DNA of 62,870 nucleotides, the filler included, from Reclinomonas americana ATCC 50394 (Eukaryota), in assembly GCA_048213135.1 (NCBI GenBank). It is 4 parts of 2 records of this genome, joined end to end, with 100 filler letters (N's around TTAATTAATTAA, not from the genome) between each part and the next. Parts side by side here need not be neighbours in the genome. Positions count along the whole stretch, not along the records: positions 27,976 to 54,710 come from PS015208.1; positions 54,811 to 62,870 come from PS015209.1; 2 more parts are not named here. The stretch is one strand, 5' to 3'. The translations under genes were made by a program, and so were the position numbers. Below the pieces are notes generated by a model. The model saw nothing but the letters and a program-made list of their open reading frames with translations, did not search any database and was not told where the DNA came from. Shown one piece after another: positions 51,594 through 62,200 of the stretch. Each line of letters opens with the position of its first letter. Within the stretch, counting starts at the first letter, position 1.

Positions 51594-52395
51594 TCATAGC
51601 AGCTCCGAAACATTTCTCGAAGCACCGCAGCAGAGACTAGAAATCGAGAGAGTCGGTGAGAGGCCTGAAAGAACGCAGAAAAAATACGGGGAAACAAACA
51701 GCACCGTGGTGGACGATGTGAACTCGTTCTCCACTGCAGGCAGTCGTTGTGTGCACCGAGTGGCCTCGTCGTAGAAGCTGACACGACTCCGCGTCACACG
51801 GTCGCTGTCTGCATGGTCGTAGAGCAGCTGCACAGTGACAGACCTGCAAAAAAAAGAAGAGGGGGGTCAGTGTCCGTCGCACATGTCGCCCTCACACACA
51901 CTCCCTCGCTCCCGCTTTCCCTCCCCTCGTTACCGAGCAGTACTAGCGTGGCAGACCACAAGCTCCACTCGATCGCACGCCGGTGTGTGGAACACGCTGC
52001 CGGCGTCGATCGACCGGTCACCGGCACCGCCGTCAAACTCGCCCAGCAACTCGGCCAGCTGCTCCCGTCGTGCGACAAACGCCTGCAGCCGGCAGTCCAA
52101 GGCCGTCAGGAAGGCCTGCACACCCACCTTTTTGCGTGAGGCAGACTATGAAGCACGAATAAAAGAAAAACAGAACGTGTGACCGACACAAAACTCGCAG
52201 ACGGCGACCGGCGCTGCGAAACAGTTCCTTGACGTGCACAAACGGCGGCACCGTGTGGTGCTCCAGTGCCAGCTGCTGCTCCAGCTCGTCATCACCGACC
52301 ACATCCACCGCAGAGGGCACAGCAGCAGCGGAGAAAAACACAAAGTACGACTCCTCCACCAATCGCCGCCCGCGGTGCCACATGTCCAGTCGCAC
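51594..52395 (-). CDS. Centromere protein O (CENP-O/Mcm21)-like, partial
   Basis: EESYFVFF...LEHHTVPPFV...FLTALDCRLQAFVARREQ resembles the CENP-O HH[ST][IV]PPF[IV] motif and the following helix. Confidence 0.55.
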
Positions 52396-52554
52396 NNNNN
52401 NNNNNNNNNNNNNNNNNNNNNNNNNNNNNNNNNNNNNNNNNNNNNNNNNNNNNNNNNNNNNNNNNNNNNNNNNNNNNNNNNNNNNNNNNNNNNNNNNNNN
52501 NNNNNNNNNNNNNNNNNNNNNGAGAGAGAGAGAGACAGAGACTGATAGGACAGC

Positions 52555-55434
52555 TCAGCTGCCGAGTAGTGACTCGCCGAGCAGATTCACCTTGATGATC
52601 TCGTTCGGCAGGTACTCGCCCGTGTTGCTGCACGGAGGTGACATGTGAGTTTCAGGCATTGCGAGGGCGGAGAGAAACCAAGCACGAAACTAGGCAATCA
52701 GTGCCGCAAAGTGGAAGGGTCTGTGTGGATCGCCGCGCAGCGATTGCACATCTGCAGTGCGCGGAGTGAGCAGAGAGCACAGCGAGCGGTATGTCGGACG
52801 TGGTAAACGGACGAAACAGAGATCGCCAGTATTCTGGCGGCCCTCCATGTGCACTTCGGCCAGCATTTTACCGGTGCGACTGCACATGACACGCACCGCG
52901 TCCTCCAGGCATGAGCCGCTGATGATATAATCGCTGCCATTCATGTAGTACGAGCGCGTGTAGTTTCGGGGACTGCCGGTCTGCACAATTGGATACCTGC
53001 GTGACGTGGTGGAGTGAGCACACAAAACACAATCCGGCAGTCGGCATCCGCACGCCAACGCACCGCATATGGAACTCGCCGTCCAGTGTGTACTGTCGCA
53101 CCTCGTTGTCGACCGCAGAGCTGAGGACATACTTGTCGTCCGAAGAGAAACACACCATCACGCAGCCCTGCTCGGACTGGCGCGTGAAGATGGGCTGCAG
53201 GGACAATCAAACACGTCAGCCCCCATCCCCACAGTGTCGACGATGGAAAAGAGGAAGTGGAAACAATGCGACGCAACTTCTTTCGGCGCACGCAAATCCC
53301 ACAACTTGATGGTCTTGTCGAAGCTGCTAGTGGCAAACAGGTGTGGCGACGTATTACTGAACTTCAACACATTCACATGCTCCGTGTGGACATCTCGCAG
53401 CGTTGTCACAATGGTGCCATTGCGCAAGTCGTAGAGAGACACATTGCGCGAATAGCCACCTATTGCGACAGCAGCATCAACAACCGCTGCCCAACTTCAA
53501 CAAGGACGCCGCGTGTCACTGCCGACGCAACTCGTGAGGAACAGATCGTCGGTGCAGTTGACATTGACTGATGTTAGTCGCTGGAACGGCGGATACTCGT
53601 ACACCAGCGGATTCTTGCCGTCTATCAGCACACGTCGCAACTGAGTACTTGCGTCCACACATTCTCACACACAAACAAAAGGACACTGGTTTCCGCACCT
53701 TGCAGATAGTTAATGTCCATCAAACACACAGCGCCGTCGGAAGCGCCGGCGACAAACTTGGTCGGCTCGTGTCGCATCCACGAAATACCCAAGAAACTGC
53801 CACGCATGCGGCCGCTGTAAACACGCACATGTTCAAGTGAGTGAGGTGGGCACTCAGCGACATCACTGACGAAGAAGAAGAAGAAGAGACGGAGAGGGTG
53901 GCGACGCACGTCATGGCAATGGTGCCGAGACACGAGCCCGTCATGTGGTTCACCAGCACGAGTTCGCCCGGCAGCGTGCCATAGATAAGCAAATCTGGCA
54001 CGGTCGGGTGATACTCAAACTGGCGCGGGTACGTGACGTGCGTCGTCTGGTCCGCATGGCTCAGCAGAGGCTTCTGTAGCGACGAAGAAATACGACAGGC
54101 TGTGGCCTCCTGCTGCAGCGCACTCTCACACGAGAAACTGCCAACAAGACGGCCTACAAGTGGTGGCAGTCCAGCGCCAGCAGCATTGACAGCGGCCGCT
54201 GCCGCTGCTGCGACTGGTGACTGTGACAACGCACTGCTCTCGCCAGAGGATGCAGCTGACGAAGGGGTGTCTGTGCGGCGAGACGGGCTCGCGGCTAACA
54301 GCCTCTTTGTGGCGACACACTCGGGAGAGAAACGCGACATGCGCAGGTCGAGGCGGAACTTGGCTCCGTGGCCTCCATACAGGCCCATTTCTCGTTGCAT
54401 GATGATTCTGCACGACACATTCAGTGCACGGATGAATTCATGCCGTTGACGGGAGCAACACACACCGAGTCATTCGAACACCCGGTGCGCACTCGTAGGC
54501 AGCACGCTCGAACTTTTCAGCAGCCACACGAATCGCGCGCTCACGAGCACGCTGCCAGATAAACACACACGTGAGGCCAAGCACACACTCCGCGGAAGCA
54601 AGGCAGACGAAAAAGGATCGACGCACCGGCTTGATGGCATACCCGTTGAGGATGTGCAACTGCGGCAGCTGTGCAACCAGGAATTCGCGATAGTAGCCCT
54701 CGGTGCAGACNNNNNNNNNNNNNNNNNNNNNNNNNNNNNNNNNNNNNNNNNNNNTTAATTAATTAANNNNNNNNNNNNNNNNNNNNNNNNNNNNNNNNNN
54801 NNNNNNNNNNGTAACGACACGACGGGGGCCGCACGCAACTCACGGTCAAACTCCAACGACGGTTCAACCTGTGGGTGAGGACTGCCCAGCTCGTCTACCA
54901 CTGCATTCAGACACGCAATGTCCACCTCGCCCGTCGGAGGCACCGTCCACACCACTGCAATCAGTAGTGAGAGAACGCTATAGGAGTCACATGGCACGTA
55001 CATGTTGCACACCAGCGGCCTCCTGTCAATCACATTAGAAACCACACATCTCATGCACACATATGCAAACCGATGTGCACGCACCGGGAACAGGTGATGC
55101 CAGTCGACACTACGAGCACGACCGCGCACCAACAAAAGCAGCTGTCGCCGGTGCATCAACCACGCGATTTGCGTCTTTCCCACCGCGTCTGGCTCCCGAA
55201 ACCGCTGCTCCACGAACGGCAGAAGCCGCTCCGCAGCCACACCCTCCGCGCCTTCCACACTGACCAGCCCGACGCCCTCAATGAACTGCCTCTCACCACT
55301 GAGTCACGAATGCATGTGGCCTTCTGCATGAACACACGCGCGCGAACCTCATAGAACACCAAATTGCAGTCGCCGCGGCCTGCGCGCACGTCCTCCGCCG
55401 CCTGTCGATCTTCCTCACTCACGAACGATGCCAT
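52555..55434 (-). CDS. LRRcap + WD40 protein, DHU1 (DWD hypersensitive to UV-B 1)-like
   Basis: YREFLVAQLPQLHILNG, PRQFEYHP, YGTLPGELVLVNH, FLGISW, ATSSFDKTIKLWDLR, NYTRSYYMNGSDYIISGSC, VQSLRGDP, EIIKVNL. Confidence 0.75.
54755..54766. other. Artificial scaffold linker TTAATTAATTAA
   Basis: Same 12-mer within an N-run. Confidence 0.9.
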
Positions 55435-55503
55435 GCAGCGAAAGAAACACGACAAGTTGTGCCGGGAACTGACAGCTTCCAAGTTATTGTCTTTGAGTGC
55501 GCC

Positions 55504-58500
55504 ATGCAACGCGATGGAGGCACATGGGGCTCGCCCTCGCGCACACGCGACGGTACCGGGTCCTCGCCCCCTGCAGCAGCAGCGGTCGCGGATGGAGTGA
55601 GCCCGCGCAGAGCCTCGTACGCCTTGTCTGAAGTTGGTCGAGCAGACCTCTTTCGACAACCAGACAGGGAGCTCTTGGCCAGTGTGATTGCGGAGAACGA
55701 CCGCTTGCTGGCCTGCGTGGCGGCGCTGGAGGAGGAGCTGAAGAATGAGCGCGCGGCGAAGCTGGCAGCAGAGGAAGCAGCTGGGGAGCTGGAGGCCAAG
55801 CTGGAGGCCGCCAAGAGCGCGCGTCAGCAGAATGCAGAGCGGGCGCGCGCCACGCAGCAGGCACTCGCGCAGGAGCGACAGCAGGTGGAGCATGAGCTGG
55901 AGGTGGAGCAGCACAAGGTCGCCGAGTTGAATCACATGACGGGCGTGTTACGGAGTCAGCTTGCACACGCAGAGGATCGACTGGAGGCCAACAGTGGCGA
56001 GTATCAACGCATGATTGATGGCATTTCTGCGCGGCTGGAGGAGGCGCAACGTGCGTTGCGTGTGGAGCGCGAGGAGCACTCGCACACGCGGGCTCTGCTC
56101 GAGCAGATGCGCGTGGAGAGAGAGGAGCTGGAGGCGGCGGCGAGGAGACGCCCAAAGACACGCAACTGTGTGCTGTGTAACGTGCTGTTTGACGAGAGCA
56201 TGCTGGTGAAGGCTGCATTGACGTGTGAACATGAGGACAGCGTGTGTATGGCGGTAAGTGTGTGTGTGTGAGAGAGAGTGTGTGTGTGCATTGTTCCGCA
56301 ATCAATCATTCATGAGCTATTGTCTGACGTATTCCTCACGCAGTGCGTCCGACGACACATCAGAAGAAGTTTGGATCAAGACGCACATGCACCCGTCCCT
56401 TGCCCAACTTGCGGCTTGTCTTTGGATACTCAGGAGGATGTAAGAGTTGAGAAATGCTGATCTGCTGACGAGCGTGACGGTTGCTGACAATAGCCCTNNN
56501 NNNNNNNNNNNNNNNNNNNNNNNNNNNNNNNNNNNNNNNNNNNNNNNNNNNNNNNNNNNNNNNNNNNNNNNNNNNNNNNNNNNNNNNNNNNNNNNNNNNN
56601 NNNNNNNNNNNNNNNNNNNNNNNNNNNNNNNNNNNNNNNNNNNNNNNNNNNNNNNNNNNNNNNNNNNNNNNNNNNNNNNNNNNNNNNNNNNNNNNNNNNN
56701 NNNNNNNNNNNNNNNNNNNNNNNNNNNNNNNNNNNNNNNNNNNNNNNNNNNNNNNNNNNNNNNNNNNNNNNNNNNNNNNNNNNNNNNNNNNNNNNNNNNN
56801 NNNNNNNNNNNNNNNNNNNNNNNNNNNNNNNNNNNNNNNNNNNNNNNNNNNNNNNNNNNNNNNNNNNNNNNNNNNNNNNNNNNNNNNNNNNNNNNNNNNN
56901 NNNNNNNNNNNNNNNNNNNNNNNNNNNNNNNNNNNNNNNNNNNNNNNNNNNNNNNNNNNNNNNNNNNNNNNNNNNNNNNNNNNNNNNNNNNNNNNNNNNN
57001 NNNNNNNNNNNNNNNNNNNNNNNNNNNNNNNNNNNNNNNNNNNNNNNNNNNNNNNNNNNNNNNNNNNNNNNNNNNNNNNNNNNNNNNNNNNNNNNNNNNN
57101 NNNNNNNNNNNNNNNNNNNNNNNNNNNNNNNNNNNNNNNNNNNNNNNNNNNNNNNNNNNNNNNNNNNNNNNNNNNNNNNNNNNNNNNNNNNNNNNNNNNN
57201 NNNNNNNNNNNNNNNNCACTCCTTCTTTATGACATCTCTTCTTCTCTCTCTCTCCTTTCTTCCTTCTTCTGCTTCCCCTTCTCCTTCCCCTTCTCCTTCC
57301 CCTTCTCCTTCCCCTTCTCCTTCCCCTTCTCCTTCCCCTTCTCTCGACTGCAGAGATTGGCGGATCCAGAGGACTTTGACCGACTCCTGCAGCGTTTGCG
57401 AAGTCGCCAATGCCGAATTTGCGAGCGTGAGCGACGAGAGGAGCAGCTTGTTCATACCACGATCTCATGCACGCATCCTGACGACGTCTGTGATGAGGTC
57501 TGTACTGCATTGCTCTTGTTGTGTGCTGCTGTCAGATTCTCACGCCACCGTGGACAGTGCATGCGAACGTACATCGAGAGTCGAATTTCCATGAACGCTA
57601 ACGGAGGACCGACGCACATACCGTGTCCCACTTGTTCTGCGGTGCTGGAGACAGACGATGTCAGGGCACGTGACCATCGATGCACACTCACCTGCACCAG
57701 CAGTCTTCTCATCGTTTTTTGTCCTACCGCAGCGACTGGCCGGCGACGAAGCATATCTACGATGCTTGCCTCGTCGCCAGCGAGTCTGCGAGATTTGTGG
57801 CGAGATGAAGGACGAGAGTGAGCTGGCACACATCACTGAAGCTTGCGCTCATGACGATTCCGTTTGCTTCGCTGTGAGTCATTTGCAAGGGGGGTTGCAA
57901 GTGGCAAAACAATTGGTTGACTTGTGCTCTTTCTGCAGTGCATCAAGCAGCAGATCGAGCACGACGTAGAGCACAAAAGCCATTGCAGCTGTGCGCTCTG
58001 CGGCGCAATTCTCGAGACTTCTGATATACAAGCTACTACGGCTTTTGTTCTTTGTGTGCGTACGTGTGTGGTCACTGAACTCTGAATTTCTTCGACTGTA
58101 GAGGCTCGCGAGGCCCGAGGATTTCGCACGCTATTTGGAGCTGAAGACACGCGTGGCGTTGAGTGCTGACCCGCATTACCGCGGTTGCTTGCGTCCGGGT
58201 TGCAAGTCTGGACAGTTGGTGAGTTGATCTCGAAACTTTGGATAATCTTGTATTTTGCTAAAGTCGTGCAACCAGCACGAGGATGGCGATCAAGTGGAGA
58301 TGGTTTGCCGTTCCTGCGGCTATTCCATGTGCCATCGGCACGGGGGTGCCTGGCATAGAGGCTTGACTTGCGACGAGTTTGATCTTCACCTTCGCACTCA
58401 GCAAGAACAGGCGGACCAGCAGTTGAGACGTGAGCAGATTGCTGCGAGTGAGGCACTCATCCAATCAACTACCAAACCGTGTCCCTTGTGCCAGGCCCCG

Positions 58501-58932
58501 ATTGAGAAAGCAGGTGTGTTTTCGTGCCATCCTCCTCCTTTGCCATATATATCCAGATCTGCTCGACTCACTATCCCCCCCTCACGTATGTTTGTGACTG
58601 GCAGACGGCTGCGATCACCTCGTTTGCGAAAACCCGGCTTGTCGGCGAAGTGATGGGACTGCGTTTGAATTGTTGCGCCGTCTCTTCTTCCAGTGTCTTG
58701 CTGTGTCTGGTGGCGATCTTTGTAACTTTGTTTTTTACCGTGCAGTTGCTGGATTTGCTTTGTGGACCGTCGTTTGGTGATGGACAACGACAACTCATAT
58801 CACCGGGACGGTTGCCCATATAAAAACCCAGGCGACGCCATGGACCCCGCCGAACTGCAGCGGATTGCGGACGGCGGAGAAGCCCTCCCTCCCGATCCTG
58901 GTCCAGCCGGGCCTCCGCCTCCTCCGGAATGA
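55504..58932 (+). CDS. RBR E3 ubiquitin ligase: coiled coil + three RING1-like repeats + IBR + RING2
   Basis: Three C-x2-C...CxH-x4-C-x2-C...C-x2-C units. IBR (CLRPGC...CRSC...C...WHRGLTC). RING2 TKPCPLCQAPIEKADGCDHLVC...FEFCWIC. Confidence 0.88.
57270..57345 (+). repeat. Intronic 12-bp polypyrimidine tandem repeat (CCTTCCCCTTCT)n
   Basis: About six direct copies just upstream of an acceptor. Confidence 0.85.
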
Positions 58933-59277
58933 GCTTGATCGAGAGAACGCATGCAGTGACCCAGCTCCAATAACAACAATGGGAATACTTTCTTCTACCA
59001 CGCTGACGTGCGAGACTCGATCCTTGATGACGTCACAATGTCCACTTTCATCACACACTAACAACCAAGGTCAGAGCGCCCATCCACGCCCACTTCTGCC
59101 TACACCAATCACACACCACTCTTTGTCTCTCTTCACACGCGCGCGTGTGCTCTCTCCTCCGCGTGTCACACTCGACTTGTCTCTCTCTCTATTTCCCGCC
59201 ACACCCTCTCACACGCCAACTCTCATTTGCCTTTTGTGCACACAGAACACACACACACACTCTCTTATACACAACAA

Positions 59278-62200
59278 ATGAGTGGACCAGGACGTGGCTT
59301 TAGAGGTAACGCACGCGCGCGTGTGTGTGCTTGTGTGTGTCGATGGTCGACATCTCTCACTCACACTCTGACACGCACAGGGCGTGGCAGTGCAGGAGGC
59401 AGCTGGTCACGAGGTGGCGCCGGTCGCAGTGACTGGGGACGCGGAGGGAGCGGACTTGGCGGAGTTGCAAGTGGTGGTCTGGCGCCTAAACCGTTTCAGT
59501 TGCCGCCTATGCGTCACTCGTACTCGTCGTCGGTGGATAATAGCGGCAGCAACAGCAGCTCTTCGTCCTCTGCGGCGGGCAATGCCTCCTCTGGGGCATT
59601 GTCGGCGCAGGCTGTGGCGGGGGGAGCGCCGGCGGTGCAGGGTGGCGCGCAAAAGGCGGATGAGAGCAATGGTGACGTCTTGTTTTGGTCCATGGGTAGA
59701 GAGGGAAGGAGGGAGGGTGGGGGAGGGTGGGAGAGAGAGGGTGGGTGGGAGGAGAGAGAGAGGGAGAGAGAGACAGGTTGTCTATCGCTCTCTGTCTCTC
59801 GTCTGTCTTCTCTCTCCCTCACGAGAGTCACGGTGACGTCTTGTTTGGCTCCCGGTGGAGGGAGGGTGGAGAGAGAGACAGAGACAGGTTGTCTCCGCAG
59901 ATGTCTATCGCTCCTCTCCTCTTCTTGTCTTCCAACTCAGTCTCTCTCGTCTGCCTTCTCTCTCCCTGACGAGAGTCACGGTGACATCTTGTTTGGTCCG
60001 TGGTGGAGGGAGGAGAGAGGGAGACAGAGACAGGTTGTCTCCGCACATGTCTATCGCTCTCTCCCTTTTCTCAGTCTCTGTCTCTCGTCTGTCTTCTCTC
60101 TCCCTGACGAGAGTCACGGTGACATCTTGTTTGCTCCGTGGTGGAAGGAGGAGAGAGGGAGACAGAGACAGGTTGTTTCCGCACATGTCTATCTCTCTCG
60201 TCTGTCATGTTGCTCTCCTTGCTCATCTGCTCCCTTCTCCTTGTCCTCCCTCCCTCCGCAGCCCCTCGCCGCGCCAACCCCTGGCGAGCAAACGAGAAGA
60301 AAAAGCCCGTGAAAACGGGTCCAAGTTGGGCCGACGAGGACGCTGGGGAGTTGGACGACCTGCTGTCGCGTGTGCCGACGTTGCCCTCGGCACCGCCGCC
60401 ACCGCCGCCGCCTGCGCCAGCATCGGAGCACAATGGTGGCTCAGCGTCGAGCGGACACAGGTGTGTGTGACGACTGTGAATGCTTGCAGTGAGAGATGGA
60501 AATAGGAGAGGGAGTGAGGAAGCGACAGACACACACAGGTCGGCGAGTGCGGGCGAGATTGGCGAGAGTGAGTGAGCAGAAGCGGTGCGAATTGTTTGAT
60601 TGCTGAAGAACCATCAAGCTGGTGTCTCCTTCTTCCGCCCGTTGCCTTCCTTCTTCCCGAGTGAGTGAGCAGAAGCGGTGCGCGTTGTCTAATGGCAGTA
60701 GAACATCAAGCTTGTGTTTCCTCCTTCCGCCCTTTGTCTTTCCTTCTTCCCGAGTGAGTGAGCAGAAGCGGTGCAAGTTGTCTGATTGCAGTAGAACATC
60801 AAGCTTGTGTCTCCTCCTGCCGCCCTTTGCCTTCCCTTCATCCCGAGTGAGTGAGCAGTACGGTGCGAGCTGTCTGATTGCTGAAGAACATCAAGCTTGT
60901 GTCTCCTCTTCCGCCCGTTGCCGTCTTTCTTCCCGAGTGAGTGAGCAGAAGCGGTGCGAGTTGTCTGAACTACGCAGATCATCAAGTTTGTGTCTCCTCC
61001 CTCCTCGGTTGCCCTCACTTCCCCTCTCTTCTCGTGCGTGTGTTCGCCTCTGTGCGCGACTGCATCACGCAGGTTGAGAAAACCAGCACAGAGAAATAAT
61101 GTGAATTAGAGTGATGAGGGTGCGTGAGCGAGAAAAGAGGGTGAGAGTACGTCGTCTGATTGCAGCAGGTCATGAAGTTTGTGTCATCTCTCCCTTGCCC
61201 ACTCCCTCTTGTTCTTCTGTTTTTTCTCTTTTTGTCCCCTCTCTTTCCCTCACTTCCCCCTTCTTCCTCCCCCACCACAGAGACGAGGACGACTCGCGCA
61301 CCGCCGAGTCCGCACCGCAGGTGCTGAGAAGACCAGCCTCTGCGCAGTCTGCGCCTCCACCTCGACCGCAACCGCGCGTGCCACCAGAAGAGCGCGAGTC
61401 AGTGTGGGTGCGTTGTTTGTAAAAGTGGACGAGTGTTTGTTTGTATGTACGTGCGTGTGTGGCTGTGCGGTGTGTGGAGTGTGTGTTTATTCGATGGTGC
61501 CTCTGTGTGTGCACTCTGTGCCACTTGTGTCGCTCTCTCTCTCACTCTCTCTTTCTCTCTCTCTGTGTGTGTGTGTGTGTGTGCATTGCTCTTGTGCTGT
61601 TGTCGTTGTTGATGTCGAGTGTGCGTCCCTCTCTCCCTTTCCCCTTTCCCCCTTTCCCCCTTTCCCATTCCCCTCCCCTTTACCCTTACCCTTCTTTGAC
61701 TCCATCTCCCTCGAACCCCTTCGAACGGTGTATGTGTTTGTATTGCTCTGGCTGGTGTCTATGGCTGTTGTTGTTGTTGTCAAGAGTGCGTCCCTCTCAC
61801 CTCTCCCCCTTTCCCCCTTCCCCTTACCCTTATTTCCTCCCCCTCATCTTCAAATGGTGTATGTGATTGTTTTGTGTGTTTGTTGTTTTTCTTGTTGTGG
61901 AATGCGCCCCTCTCCTCCCTTCCCCCCTCCCACTTTCGCCCTTCCCCTTTTTCCTTCCTCCCCCTTCACTCCTCCTCCCTTTTCCTTCTTTTCCTCCCTC
62001 TCCCTCGTATCCCTTCAAATGTTGCGTATGTGTGTTTGTTGCTATTGTTGTTTGCCAAATGGACGAGTTTGCGTCCCCCTCTACCTTTCCCTCTCCCCGC
62101 TCTCCCTTTCCCTCCCCCCCTCTCCCTTTCCCTCCTTCCCTTTCCCTCCTCCCCCTCCCTTTCCCACATTGCCCCCTTCACAGAAGAGACCACCACCACC

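Noticed and set aside
53630-53645. GTTGCG on the minus strand as another shifted donor
   Set aside because: It lies inside an intron that starts G|GTGCGG, so it was not counted. This shows the hexamer alone is not sufficient.
60568-61010. Regularly spaced repeats as a CRISPR array
   Set aside because: Whole units are homologous with no unique spacers, the context is a eukaryotic intron, and there are no cas genes.
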